64,000 bases of DNA from Candidatus Poribacteria bacterium (GCA_963663765.2 CAXXUA010000004.1:576001-640000); one strand, 5' to 3'. Counted from the first letter of the stretch, positions 1-12,598 are shown. A program made the numbers and translations. The notes: generated by a model not told the origin, from the sequence alone.

Positions 1-93
1 AATCAACGGTATGAATGCCAAAGGGCATTCCCCGGGTATGAATGCCAAAGGGCATTCCCCGAGTATGAATGCCCTTTGGCATTCCCCGCCTAC
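1..93. repeat. Three tandem ~28-bp hairpin units (GGTATGAATGCC-N-GGCATTCCCC) abutting a GTAG-type REP end
   Basis: Three consecutive copies at ~8-87 followed by GCCTAC; the same cassette recurs at 2827, 19129, 56914 and 57810. Confidence 0.8.
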
Positions 94-255
94 AGAAAGA
101 GTGTAAACTTAATTGTATTTTTCACTATATAAAGATTTTGCGAATTGGAAGACACAGTGGTATTGCGCTATATTCTGTGTTTAGGTTTGTTCATTAATTC
201 GTTTTGGGTTGGATGTTGTTGTGTTAATCAAAGAAGGGATGGTTTACAAATAGGA

Positions 256-329
256 TGGGCTTACCTGGAATCGAACCAGGGACCTCGCGCTTATCAGGCG
301 CGCGCTCTAACCTTCTGAGCTATAAGCCC
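256..329 (-). tRNA. tRNA-Ile (GAT)
   Basis: Reverse complement GGGCTTATAGCTCAGAAGGTTAGAGCGCGCGCCTGATAAGCGCGAGGTCCCTGGTTCGATTCCAGGTAAGCCCA folds as a cloverleaf with anticodon GAT; it lies just downstream of 16S. Confidence 0.97.
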
Positions 330-442
330 CTGAGTGTAGTCAGAAAGTATGTTCAAGAAAGTTAAATAGTAGTTGTGCGTGTCTGTTAAGGTTCAGAGCT
401 AATTGAACAAAGAGATTGTGTTAGAATCATCGTTGTTTAATG

Positions 443-1999
<1,557 letters not shown>

Positions 2000-2122
2000 A
2001 AAGTATTGAAGTACATCTTCAAATAATTGAAGCGCACTCACAAGCTATAAAATAGGCACGTCACGTAAACTATTTAACTTTCAAAGAACATCTTCACCTT
2101 CCTATAATGAAAGGTAAAGTTA

Positions 2123-2151
2123 ATTATACTTCCTTAAAATAGGTTTGTCAA
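2123..2151 (-). promoter_or_regulatory. sigma70 promoter of the rRNA unit
   Basis: Perfect TTGACA-N17-TATAAT on the minus strand, AT-rich upstream region, boxA-like TGTTCTTTGAAAG downstream (~2078-2090). Confidence 0.85.
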
Positions 2152-2387
2152 ATAAAAATGTAAAAAAATGCGTAATTTAGACAGAAAGTAAGTAAAATAA
2201 ACGAATTATTCCTATTTTCGCATGCAAAGTTTTTTAATTGGCATAAATACGATAAAACGTATCTTTTAAATCTCGGTATACACAAACCTAAGAGAACTAT
2301 TATAGTGAATCCATTGCAAGTCTCACTGAAAAGGTGAGGAGTCCAAAGCCGGCTGCGGATGGGTGTGGGGGTTTCTTGTATGGGATA

Positions 2388-2925
2388 GGGTGTGTAAAGA
2401 TTTTGCACAGAGGTACAAACTTTCGTTCTCTTTAGTCCCGTAGGGACGCAATGTTTATAGAAAGACGTTATACATCCCCTCTCTTGAGTTCCGTAGGAAC
2501 GACATAGAAGGATAAACATATCGTCCCTACGGGACTAAAAAGACGTGGGGATATGTATTTCTATAAACATATCGTCCCTACGGGACTGAAGAATATGGTT
2601 AATATTAACAATATTTCTTTATATTGACACCTAATGAAGTTTGACAATCAAAATCGGTAGTTGAATTCGTAGGGGTTGGGTTCCCCAACCCGTTTGGTTT
2701 TTGAGTTTGCGTAGATCATGTGTGGCAACCACGCCCCTACGAATACACAACTTGAACGTCAAAACTCATTAGGACTCTGCGTCCGCAATCTCTCATTTAA
2801 TCAGTTACGGCGGGGCAGAGAGACCCGGGGAATGCCTAAATGGCATTCATACCGTTGATTTCTTGATTTCTTGATTTCGCCCTACAATGGAGAGTGGGAT
2901 GTTAGTGCAAAAACTTTACACACCC
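2388..2925. mobile_element. MITE with ISKra4-type terminal inverted repeats, containing REPs and a nested MITE
   Basis: Ends GGGTGTGTAAAGATTTTGCAC and GTGCAAAAACTTTACACACCC match the TIRs of the full IS at 39306-40764; no TSD visible. Confidence 0.75.
2630..2773. mobile_element. MITE-like element (CCTAATGAAGTTTGAC...GTCAAAACTCATTAGG) with internal REP pair; second copy at 3320-3463
   Basis: Imperfect 16-bp TIRs, near-identical second copy, partial copy at ~12432-12497. Confidence 0.65.
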
Positions 2926-3084
2926 CGATCACCCCTCTCTTGAGTTCCGTAGGAACGACATAGAAGGTTAAAACATATCGTCCCTACGGGACTAAAAAAG
3001 ACGTGAGGATATGTATTTCTATAAACATTGCGTCCCTACGGGACTGAAGCGTATGGTTGATATTAACAATATTTCCTTATATTG

Positions 3085-3309
3085 ACGAGTTGTGCTAAAT
3101 AACTATATGTTGATCATTGTTTCACATATGCATCACGTTTTGCAGGTGTCCTTCATAGTTTGAAACGATCTTCAGTCCCGTAGGGACGATATGTTTATAG
3201 AAAAACGTCATAGTACATCCTCTTTAGTCCCGTAGGGACGATATGTGTGCATTATAAACCTAATATATGTAAAAACTTTAAAAACAATGGGTTAACTGGC
3301 ACAAGTCGT
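3085..3309. mobile_element. 225-bp MITE (ACGAGTTGTGCTAAATAA...TTAACTGGCACAAGTCGT)
   Basis: TIRs, TSD TATATTG on both sides, empty site in the paralogous segment at ~2620-2626; further copies at 28710-28934 and 56452-56675. Confidence 0.9.
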
Positions 3310-3730
3310 TATATTGACACCTAATGAAGTTTGACAATCAAAATCGGTAGTTGAATTCGTAGGGGTTGGGTTCCCCAACCCGTTTGGTTTTTGAGTTTGC
3401 GTAGATCATGTGTGGCAACCACGCCCCTACGAATACACAACTTGAACGTCAAAACTCATTAGGACTCTGTGTCCGCAATCTCTCATTTAATCAGTTGGGG
3501 CGGGGACAGAGCCCCGCCCTACAATGAAGAATGAGTAGTTTGTGCAAACATTTTACTATGGGATATTCTTGCTTGACAATACTTTTAACTGGAGACTGCC
3601 ATCTCGTAACTTGAGACTGCCATCTCGGTGTTTATAGGATGTAAATCAACACTGAACGTGCAGACTGAAATCCACGGAACGCTTCTGTTTTTAGATAAAA
3701 CATATTTTTATAATTCGCCATATATAATGG

Positions 3731-3962
3731 TTAATCCTACTTTCCGCACTTTAAATTTGCGTTTTTCGATATTAATATGGTAAACCCTTACGTAGCCTAA
3801 GTTTAGCAAACATTTTCAATATTAAAGATTCAATAACAAGTTGAATCCAGTCTAAAAATTTAGAACACGAGATCTCCATTATTGTGTGCGAATCCTTGTT
3901 TGACATGGGTTTATTCTAATATTATAAAAATCTCTCAAAACAAGTGCGGAAAGTAAGGTTAA
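3731..3962. mobile_element. MITE-like element with 21-bp TIRs
   Basis: TTAATCCTACTTTCCGCACTT ... AAGTGCGGAAAGTAAGGTTAA enclosing a non-coding interior. Confidence 0.65.
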
Positions 3963-4021
3963 TGCAACTTGACACCAAATGCTGCAAGGTATTTGGTGTC
4001 AAGTTGTATTAATATGAGAGA

Positions 4022-5524
4022 TTATTTCAAAGGTTTTTGAGATGAGCTTTCAAGAATGTCTATTTTGAGCTGATTGAGAGTGTTAGAAACTCCCTCTGTC
4101 AATTCTATTAGTGTATCCGATTCCAAGTTGCTTCCTGCCAGTTGGATATGATTTGCATCGGCGATCATCTGTCCTAATGTTGGTTCCATTGGGATCCAGG
4201 TACCGACGTAAACCTCGGGCCAAAAATGGTAATAAAAGGCATTTCCCGAAAATGCTAAACCTGAACAGATTCGTGCTGGAATTCCGACTGATCGCGCTAA
4301 GGCAGTCAACAACACGCTGAGTTCTGTACAGTCACCGGTAAGGGACTCAAGGGTTGTCAGTGAAGTGGCAAAACCGTTGTTAATCTTTTTCCGAGTTGAT
4401 TTGTAAACCCATTGGTATAATTTTTTTGCTGCTCGCCATGAGTTGGTTTCACCATCCAAGATTTCTAACGCTTTTGCCCTGATAGTTGGATGATCAGCTT
4501 GGACATAAGCAGTTGCGGATAGAAAAGGCTTAAGTTCCGGATGTTTGATCGGCAAATTTGGACTATTTTTCGCGTTGACCTTCGGAACATTAATGGTGAG
4601 TTTTCCCCGCATGTCGGAAACGTTCTCCAGTTTTTGGCGACTGTTGGTCATAATGGTTTGGTCAATTTTTCCTTTTTTGACTTGTACATTTGCAATCAGT
4701 CGTGATGCTTTAGGTCTCAGTTTTTTACCTGTCGGTAAGATACGCGACTTTAAAATAATATCCACCTCTTCTACATCGCCCAATGCAGTTTTTTTATCTG
4801 TTTTGGTCACCATTATAGATACACCCGCTCTATCCTTTGACTCTGATCTGTATATCGTCCCATCAGGACTAACCCAATGTCGTAGATTAATTCCACCTAC
4901 AATGTCAACCTTTTCTTGTAAAATGTATACATGCTTTTCCTCTGATTGATAAGTAAGAATCTCTTCTCCCATGATTCTGATTTCTGATTTTGCTGGTTGA
5001 AAAAGTTCAAAAACAAAAGTGTGAAAATTTCGTTTTATGCCAATTTTTACGTTGTTTCCCGCCAAAAAAGAATATATAGCCATGTGTTCAGAAACGGTGT
5101 CTGGAGGAAAAACTACCCTCGATTCCGTTGTTTCACCATTGAGGATGGTCTTGATGTGTGCTACTCCATTTAATACCTCACCTTCAACTTGTTTCGATTC
5201 GCCTTGATTGGTAGTTGAAGAAAAGTAACGCGGTGTAAAATTGGAATCTATGTATTCAACGAGAGTAACCTCATTTTTCATTTTTGCCCTAATTCCCTTA
5301 ACCTGTGTCATTATCTTTGTTTTACTCAGGATCATGGGCTCTCCCTGATATTCGGTTTTTTCAAGAGATATATGCATATAACCGATCTTTGACCCATCCA
5401 TGGCGACGTTATACCAATGTTCTTCTGGATGTTGTAGCATGCCTTCAAAATTAAAGGTATATACTGTTGTCACTATTGAAATAAACAGTAAAATAGATAA
5501 AAAGTAAATTTTTAAACGCTTCAT
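4022..5524 (-). CDS. Secreted transglutaminase-like domain protein
   Basis: N-terminal signal/TM segment; GDCTE, RSVGIPAR, HFWPEVY and W..MEPT motifs (Cys-His-acid triad). Confidence 0.88.
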   Translation of the reverse strand: MKRLKIYFLSILLFISIVTTVYTFNFEGMLQHPEEHWYNVAMDGSKIGYMHISLEKTEYQGEPMILSKTKIMTQVKGIRAKMKNEVTLVEYIDSNFTPRYFSSTTNQGESKQVEGEVLNGVAHIKTILNGETTESRVVFPPDTVSEHMAIYSFLAGNNVKIGIKRNFHTFVFELFQPAKSEIRIMGEEILTYQSEEKHVYILQEKVDIVGGINLRHWVSPDGTIYRSESKDRAGVSIMVTKTDKKTALGDVEEVDIILKSRILPTGKKLRPKASRLIANVQVKKGKIDQTIMTNSRQKLENVSDMRGKLTINVPKVNAKNSPNLPIKHPELKPFLSATAYVQADHPTIRAKALEILDGETNSWRAAKKLYQWVYKSTRKKINNGFATSLTTLESLTGDCTELSVLLTALARSVGIPARICSGLAFSGNAFYYHFWPEVYVGTWIPMEPTLGQMIADANHIQLAGSNLESDTLIELTEGVSNTLNQLKIDILESSSQKPLK

Positions 5525-5891
5525 AACAATTATTTCTCCATAAAATATAATTATTATAGTAGAATTTAGAATTACCTGAACACTTTGATCTACGCGTTTA
5601 GCAAAACTTGTAGCATAACCTGTTAGGTTGTGCTACAGTAGTGTAAAGATAATTACAGATTTTACAATAATATCAAAACTCACAGGTAATGCAACAAACC
5701 GGTAATGCAACAAACCGTGTTTACGATGTTTATGTTTTTTAATCAAAACTGCAAAAATTCACCCAATTTTCTGTGTCTTTTGATGTTATTAGGTATTTCT
5801 AATAACAAACTTTACTTTGATACAGATCACTGGGTGACCATTGTTCTATGATTTCCAACTGAGGTTTCTATTCATCTGCGGGTTCAAGTGT

Positions 5892-6527
5892 TCAGTTAGC
5901 ATTAAAAACTTCAACAGAAGCATTAGATGATGATTTAAAACGTTGTACTGCCTCATAAACTTTGATAAGCTTTCCTAATTGTTGACGCTTTTCGTTTTCC
6001 TCGGGTAAAACCGATATTAATTCCTCAAGAACTTCAATTATTTCTCCAATATTTGCATCTCCACTTTCTATTATTTTATTGTGTTTCTCAAGTACAGCTT
6101 GAACTTCGGGACTCATTATTGCCAATTCCTCAGGAGAGAAATATTCTGTATCTGACTCTAAACCATGAAGTGTCGATTTAGCATCAAATTTAGGTTTGGA
6201 TTTAGCATCAAATTTAGGTTTGGATGCGCCTTGATCTATCTCGTTGCCTGCTATCTCAGAAATCGCTTGTTTAGATTCTGATGGAGATTCTGTTTGATTA
6301 TCTATATTTTGGTTGGCAGTTTTTTCTAATGGTGTAGGCATAGCTTGATCTGGTGTAGGCATAGCTTGATCTGGTGTAGGCATAGCTTGATCGGAATGTG
6401 TTTCCCCTAATTCTGAGACGAAACGACTGTAATCCCATCGTGTGTAAAAATAGAAACTGCCATAACTAAATACTGCGATAATGAATACAATTCCGAGTAT
6501 TATTCTAGAATCTGAATTTTTTAACAT
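5892..6527 (-). CDS. Hypothetical membrane-anchored protein with short internal repeats
   Basis: RBS AAGGAG, N-terminal TM helix, DQAMPTP x3 and SKPKFDAK x2. Confidence 0.8.
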   Translation of the reverse strand: MLKNSDSRIILGIVFIIAVFSYGSFYFYTRWDYSRFVSELGETHSDQAMPTPDQAMPTPDQAMPTPLEKTANQNIDNQTESPSESKQAISEIAGNEIDQGASKPKFDAKSKPKFDAKSTLHGLESDTEYFSPEELAIMSPEVQAVLEKHNKIIESGDANIGEIIEVLEELISVLPEENEKRQQLGKLIKVYEAVQRFKSSSNASVEVFNAN

Positions 6528-6964
6528 CTTTACTCCTTATTCTAAAAGTTTAAACAATTTACAAACTTTTAGATTTTCAAAGCGACATTTGTAATAGAAT
6601 ATTGCTCATATTTTAAAGTTTCAACCTAACAGTCGGTATAAAATCTAACAGTCGGTATAAAATTTCAATTTTATATTAATATTTTACAGTATTTCATTAA
6701 ACCAAACTACCACATAAAAACTAAAACACTTCCAGTCTATTAACAAATGATCACCAATTATATTGTATGTTTCATTTTAATTGAGAAATGCCTCGGTAGG
6801 TACAACTACAAACTGTACCTACCGAGGCTGAAGGACCGGAACCAAAAACCCAAAAGAATTCTGTAATTCTTATTGACGATCTCACAAGAGTCATTAGAAA
6901 TCTATTGACAACCCATTATTGATACAATCGTTAAGGGTTACGGCTTACAGTGTTCACATCCTTC

Positions 6965-7432
6965 TCATTCCTTTAATAATTCCTCTAACTCAATAACTGT
7001 TAACTCAATAACTGTTGAGATATCAGTTTCTTCAAAGTTTTCGGAATTTTCTAAGAATTCCTTGAACTCAAATGGATCAGCGAATTCGTGCGTGGAACTG
7101 TCCACTTCCACATCTACATTAACAGGTGCATCTCCACCAAAGATTGATTTAATGTCGTCAAATAGAGCCATTAAGTCATCCATAGATTGAAGACTCTCTG
7201 CATCGATATGATCAGCAGGTAATGCCGAGTTCAAATTATCAAAGGCTTCAATTAACCCATCAAAATCAGTTACTTCTGCCAATTCGTCAACTGCTGAATT
7301 AATTTCTGCCAAAACATCTTCTGCACAGTGACTGTTGTAATCCCAGCGTGCGTCAAGATGGACACCAGCATAGACAGGTGCTGTAGCAATCAGCAAAGCT
7401 AGGAATATTCCGAAACCAAATGTTTTTAACAT
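6965..7432 (-). CDS. Hypothetical secreted, highly acidic protein
   Basis: RBS AAAGGAG, signal peptide ending VYA, D/E-rich mature part. Confidence 0.8.
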   Translation of the reverse strand: MLKTFGFGIFLALLIATAPVYAGVHLDARWDYNSHCAEDVLAEINSAVDELAEVTDFDGLIEAFDNLNSALPADHIDAESLQSMDDLMALFDDIKSIFGGDAPVNVDVEVDSSTHEFADPFEFKEFLENSENFEETDISTVIELTVIELEELLKE

Positions 7433-7628
7433 TGTTTTACTCCTTTGTAAAATTAAATTTAGACAGTATAATTACACTGTCTGAATGACTACTTCAGAAA
7501 AATATGAAGTAGATCATTTGAGATATAAAGACATATTTTATAATTCTAAGAAGATAAAATAACAAATATGTCTATACATCACTTACATTCAGTATATACA
7601 CTATGTATCTCAAAATGTTCCCAATAAA

Positions 7629-7919
7629 TTATAAAGATTGGGTAGATGTTACTATGGTGCCGCCGCTGATGGCAGGAAGGAAATGGAGTTCGGACTCTTC
7701 GTCAACATGATCATGCATAGCGGTTCTGGTCAGCACACCGTTGATATAGACATTGACACTGGGGTGTATACGGTCACCGTCACATAACTTTTCCTTTGTG
7801 CCGGGATAGCGTTTTTCAAGGTTGTCAATGATCTCGCGGAGTGTATTGCCTTTCACTGAGACAATATCTTTACCGCCAGTCAGGTTTCGCATAAGGGATG
7901 GGATGGCTACGGTTGGCAT
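7629..7919 (-). CDS. moaD: MoaD/ThiS family sulfur carrier
   Basis: Ubiquitin-like pattern ending FLPAISGG plus a short tail; downstream of the Mo-enzyme operon. Confidence 0.85.
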   Translation of the reverse strand: MPTVAIPSLMRNLTGGKDIVSVKGNTLREIIDNLEKRYPGTKEKLCDGDRIHPSVNVYINGVLTRTAMHDHVDEESELHFLPAISGGTIVTSTQSL

Positions 7920-7998
7920 TCTTGTAGTTCCTGATTGGATAGGCGCGACATGACACCGCGCCTAAAGAATTGTAGAAACTTGTAACTATGATGAAGTG

Positions 7999-10254
7999 CT
8001 ATATTTTACCCATTGCTTTCAAGAGACGGTCGGGGGACATCGGGAGTTCTGTCATGCGGACACCGATTGCGTCGTAAATGGCGTTAGCAATTGCTGCTGG
8101 TGGCGGAATAATTGGCACTTCACCTACACCGCGCACTCCGTACGGGTGTCCTGGATTCGGCACTTCTACGATGACAGTATCAATCATCGGGAGGTCCAAA
8201 CAGGTTGGCATGCGATAATCTAAAAAACTGGCGTTTGTCATTGCACCATCAGCATTGTATATGTATTCCTCGTTTAATGCCCAACCGATACCTTGAACGA
8301 CTCCACCTTGTATTTGTCCTTCAACATAACTCGGATGTATGGCTTTTCCAGCATCTTGCGTCGCGGTGTATCGTAGGATTTCAACCTTGCCGGTTTCGAC
8401 ATCCACTGCAACATCAACGACGTGTGTTGCGAATGCACCACCTGCACCTGCGGGGTTCATTGTGGCTCTGCCGATAACAGGTCCGCCAGTTTCACCGAGT
8501 CTTGCGGATAGATCGCGGAAACTGATCTGTTGCTCTTTTCCGTTGATACTTGAGAATTCACCATCAACAAACTGTATATTGTCTTCTTTAACATCCCAGA
8601 GTTTTGCAGCACGTGTCTTCATCTGTTGGACAACATCTTGTGCTGCTTGATATGCTGCATAACCTGTAGCGTAAGTTGTACGGCTACCACCTGTCACTGC
8701 AGTATAACCGATGGAATTGGTATCCACCACGGTTGGATTAACAGATTCAGCGGGAATGCCGAGGACTTCTGCTGCTTGCATAGCGATTGAGGCGCGAGTG
8801 CCACCGATATCTGTAGAACCTTCAACAAGGTTGACCGTACCATCAGGATTGACGTTGATAGTAACGCTGGATTCCAGGCCGATATTAAACCAGAAACCTG
8901 ATGCGACGCCACGTCCATGATACTTTTTACCGTTTGATGAGGCATAATGTGGGTGTTCTTTGGCTGCTTCAATTGATTCTATGAATCCAATGCGTGGGAA
9001 AACAGGACCGTCTGCGCGTCGATCCCCTTCTTTTGCACCATTTTTTAGCCGTATCTCAAGTGGATCTATGTATAATGTTTCGGCGAGTTCGTCAATGACG
9101 GTTTCTGTACCGAATGCAGCATTCGTTGCACCTGGTGCGCGATAGGGTGCAGTTTTCGGTTTGTTCACCACGACATCGTATCCATCAATCAGGACATTTT
9201 CAATGTTGTAAGGGGCAAAGACACACATCGCACCTGCACCGACCGGTGATCCCGGATATGCGCCTGCTTCAAAGACAAGTGATGTTTGTGCTGCAGTGAT
9301 TTTACCATCGTTTGTAGCTCCAATTTTTATCGTAATGTAAGAAGCAGGCGTTGGTCCAGTGCCTTCAAATACATCAGCACGGTTCATCAAGACCTTAACC
9401 GGTTTGCCTGTTTTCTTTGCAAGGAGAGCAGCGACTGGTTTGATATAGACGTTAATCTTCCCACCAAAACCGCCGCCAATCTCTAATGGGACAACCTTGA
9501 TTTTTGAAATCGGGTATTGGAGGATTTCCGCAAGTTGTTCACGAACAGTAAATGCACCCTGTGTGCTGCACCAAACGGTCAACTGCCCGTCTGGGTTGTA
9601 AAGCGCGGTGGCGTTGTGTGGTTCAATATATCCTTGATGAACGGTACCAGTAACGAATTCTCTTTCAATCACGACATCAGCTTCGGTGAAGCCTTTTTCA
9701 ATGTCTCCTTTTTTGTGCTGAAGATGGCTTGCAACATTACTCGGTTTATCTCCAGTTTCGCCAAGTGAGGATGTTCTTATATTATCGTGCAGAATTGGTG
9801 CGTCCGGTTCCATTGCTTGTCGTACTTCTAACACTGGGGGTAACACTTCGTATTCAACATCAATAAGTGTGCAAGCCTCTTCTGCAATATGCGGATTGCT
9901 TGCAGCAACGGCTGCGATGGCATGTCCTTTATAGAGTGCTTTGTCACTGGCTAAAATGTTGTCACAGAGGTATTTGAGATTGACTGCGCCTTCACCAAGG
10001 TCAGCCATTTTGTCCTCTGCTGCGGGTAGGTCTTGTGCGGTAACGATTCCTTTCACACCAGGAAGTGCTTCAGCGCGACTTGTGTCTATTGAGACGATTT
10101 TGGCGTGTGCATGCGGACTGCGTAAGACTCTACCATGCAAGAGTCCAGTAATCTGAAAATCTGCTCCGTATATTGCTCTACCTGTGACTTTATCAACACC
10201 ATCATGCCGGATGGGTCGGGTTCCAATAACTTTATATTCTTTTTTTTCAGACAT
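7999..10254 (-). CDS. Xanthine dehydrogenase/CoxL-family molybdopterin-binding large subunit
   Basis: KVTGRAIYGAD, GGGFGGK, YRAPG, QIQGGVVQGIG, GVRGVGE motifs. Confidence 0.95.
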   Translation of the reverse strand: MSEKKEYKVIGTRPIRHDGVDKVTGRAIYGADFQITGLLHGRVLRSPHAHAKIVSIDTSRAEALPGVKGIVTAQDLPAAEDKMADLGEGAVNLKYLCDNILASDKALYKGHAIAAVAASNPHIAEEACTLIDVEYEVLPPVLEVRQAMEPDAPILHDNIRTSSLGETGDKPSNVASHLQHKKGDIEKGFTEADVVIEREFVTGTVHQGYIEPHNATALYNPDGQLTVWCSTQGAFTVREQLAEILQYPISKIKVVPLEIGGGFGGKINVYIKPVAALLAKKTGKPVKVLMNRADVFEGTGPTPASYITIKIGATNDGKITAAQTSLVFEAGAYPGSPVGAGAMCVFAPYNIENVLIDGYDVVVNKPKTAPYRAPGATNAAFGTETVIDELAETLYIDPLEIRLKNGAKEGDRRADGPVFPRIGFIESIEAAKEHPHYASSNGKKYHGRGVASGFWFNIGLESSVTINVNPDGTVNLVEGSTDIGGTRASIAMQAAEVLGIPAESVNPTVVDTNSIGYTAVTGGSRTTYATGYAAYQAAQDVVQQMKTRAAKLWDVKEDNIQFVDGEFSSINGKEQQISFRDLSARLGETGGPVIGRATMNPAGAGGAFATHVVDVAVDVETGKVEILRYTATQDAGKAIHPSYVEGQIQGGVVQGIGWALNEEYIYNADGAMTNASFLDYRMPTCLDLPMIDTVIVEVPNPGHPYGVRGVGEVPIIPPPAAIANAIYDAIGVRMTELPMSPDRLLKAMGKI

Positions 10255-10266
10255 AAAGATACTCCT

Positions 10267-10737
10267 TTACGTAGCTGCGACTGCATCAAGTACAGCACGC
10301 ACAATTTTATCGTAACCTGTACAACGGCACAAATTTCCTGCTAACCAGTATCGGACTTCGTGTTCTGTTGGGTTTGGGTTCTTATCAAGCAGTGCTTTTG
10401 CGCTCATGATAAAACCGGGTGTGCAGATACCACACTGGAGTGCGGCGTTTTCAAGAAAGGCATCTTGTATCGGGTGCAATTTATCTGGTTCGGCAAGCCC
10501 CTCAATGGTTTCAACAGATTTGCCATCAATCTCTACACCTAAGACGAGGCAAGAATTCACAAGTCTGCCATCAAGGATAACACTGCAGGCACCACAATTT
10601 CCGTTGTTGCATCCCTCTTTTGCACCTGTGAGGTGGAGTTCATCTCGTAAGACTTCTAATAGACTTTGTCGTGGTTCACAGAGAAATTCCACCGTTTCAC
10701 CATTGATTGTGGTTTGAACGTGCGATTTTCTGACCAT
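10267..10737 (-). CDS. (2Fe-2S) small subunit, CoxS/XdhC-like
   Basis: GCNNGNCGAC, QCGICTPG, NLCRCTGY. Confidence 0.96.
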   Translation of the reverse strand: MVRKSHVQTTINGETVEFLCEPRQSLLEVLRDELHLTGAKEGCNNGNCGACSVILDGRLVNSCLVLGVEIDGKSVETIEGLAEPDKLHPIQDAFLENAALQCGICTPGFIMSAKALLDKNPNPTEHEVRYWLAGNLCRCTGYDKIVRAVLDAVAAT

Positions 10738-10815
10738 AGTATCTGTTCCTTCTATTTTAAAGTTCGGGTATCAATCCGTGTCAATCCCTCATAAATATAT
10801 ATGGTGGTATTACAA

Positions 10816-11694
10816 TTATGCTGCGTCTCTGACTCTTTGGATAGCACCGTTGAGTGCGCGTCGTGTGAGAACACCAACGAGGTGCGTTCGTTGTTCCGCA
10901 GTCCCGCGCATGTCGCTAATCGGACGAGCGATAACTTGTGCAGCTTGTGCGGCTTCGTCAATAGCGGCTTCGGATATTTCCCTGTCAGCGAGAAGTGTGC
11001 TTGCTTCTTCCGCAAATAATGGTGTGGGAGCCACTGCAGCGAGTGCGATTCGTGCAGAGATAATACGTTCTTTCTTATCATCTAATACTACTGCTGCACC
11101 TGCACCGACGACTGCTATATCCATTTCGTTGCGTGGTATAAATCTGAGATAGTATGAGCTTGAATTTTGTTGAGGTGCAGGAATTTTTATGGAGACAAGC
11201 ATCTCTCCTTTTTCAAGTACTGTTTGCCCGGGAGCAGTACAGAAATCTTCAACAGGGATTTCACGTTTACCGTTCGTGCCTGCAATGTTACAAGTAGCAT
11301 TTAGCACTATTAGGGGTGGGATACCATCTGCAGCGGGTGATGCGTTACATAGATTTCCACCGACCCCCGCGCGTCCCTGAATTGCAGTGCCACCGATGAT
11401 TGTGGTTGCGTCAATTAAACCGGGGTATGCATTGCAAACCGCATCAGCAGCATATATCTGATAACACGGGACTGATGCACCGAGGGTTAATCCTGTTTCT
11501 GAGTCATAAGATAATTCATTGACATCGGGAATGGATTTGATGTCAATCATCCAGCCAAGTGTTCTTTTACCCTCTCTTGCTTGAACGATCAGGTCGGTAC
11601 CACCCGCAAGGATACGTGCTTTGTCACCTTTTTCGTACAGCAGTGATACTGCTTCGGATACCGTTTTAGCATTGATATACTCAAATGCTTGCAT
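10816..11694 (-). CDS. FAD-binding medium subunit, CoxM-like
   Basis: LAGGTDL, GGNLCNASPAAD, PISDMRGT. Confidence 0.95.
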   Translation of the reverse strand: MQAFEYINAKTVSEAVSLLYEKGDKARILAGGTDLIVQAREGKRTLGWMIDIKSIPDVNELSYDSETGLTLGASVPCYQIYAADAVCNAYPGLIDATTIIGGTAIQGRAGVGGNLCNASPAADGIPPLIVLNATCNIAGTNGKREIPVEDFCTAPGQTVLEKGEMLVSIKIPAPQQNSSSYYLRFIPRNEMDIAVVGAGAAVVLDDKKERIISARIALAAVAPTPLFAEEASTLLADREISEAAIDEAAQAAQVIARPISDMRGTAEQRTHLVGVLTRRALNGAIQRVRDAA

Positions 11695-11904
11695 GGCAAC
11701 AATCTCCTTTCTTCTGATTAAACTGTCATTTCAAAATTGATTATACCACATTTAAGAATAGTTGCAAGTTTTTTCGTTGAAAATGTCAAGGACAGACGTA
11801 TATCGGGGTTGGAACCCTTCCTACAAGTATAAGAACATAGGGAAAAAAAATAGCGATGGTTCAACACTTGCTGAACAACCGCACGATAGGAGTCATAATA
11901 AAAA

Positions 11905-11980
11905 TGGTGGAGGATACCAGACTTGAACTGGTGACCCCTTGCATGCCATGCAAGTGCTCTCCCAACTGAGCTAATCCCCC
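11905..11980 (-). tRNA. tRNA-Ala (GGC), CCA encoded
   Basis: Reverse complement GGGGGATTAGCTCAGTTGGGAGAGCACTTGCATGGCATGCAAGGGGTCACCAGTTCAAGTCTGGTATCCTCCACCA. Confidence 0.97.
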
Positions 11981-12241
11981 ACTTTGTTTGTCTTTATATA
12001 ATAACATATATTTTTCCAAAAAGCAAATAAAATATTAATCACGGTATCAATCATAGGGAGTGCTAAACTGGAATGTCTTAGGTAGCATACATCAGATCAA
12101 AGGTATGAATGCCGTTGGGTGAATTCTCGTTTTGCATTCGCTATGATTCCCCGGAAATCTTACCTACGATAAGGATGAAGACGGCGCAGCGTAGTGCCCC
12201 GAAATTGGGTGTAGAAATTGAAGGGTCTTGTGTAAGTTATG

Positions 12242-12598
12242 GGGTATGTAAAGTTTTGGTTACTGGATGTAGGGGCGGGGTCTCCCTGCCCTATAGGCGT
12301 CAATTTAAGAAGTAGTGTTGCATTTTCTCTTGTGGGAGGGGTTTTCAACCCCGATTTGAGAGGAAAAGCGCATAAATTCGGGGTTGAAAACCCCTCCCAC
12401 AATACGTCAAAATCCTTAAATTGACGCTTATGGGGCGTGGCAACCACGCCCCTACGAATACACAAAATACACAACTTGAACGTCAAAACTCATTAGGGCT
12501 CTGTACCCCGCAATCTCTCATTTAATCAGTTGGAGTGGGTACAGAGTCCCACCCTACAATGAAGAATGAGTAGTTTGTGCAAAAGTTTTTGCACACCC
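12242..12598. mobile_element. ISKra4-type MITE packed with REP hairpins
   Basis: Ends GGGTATGTAAAGTTTTGG and GCAAAAGTTTTTGCACACCC; GTAAGTTATG directly repeated at 12232-12241 and 12599-12608 (9-10 bp TSD). Confidence 0.8.

Noticed and set aside
7999-11694. Aerobic CO dehydrogenase
   Set aside because: The active-site loop reads PYRAPG, not AYxCSFR (form I) or AYxGAGR (form II); substrate unknown
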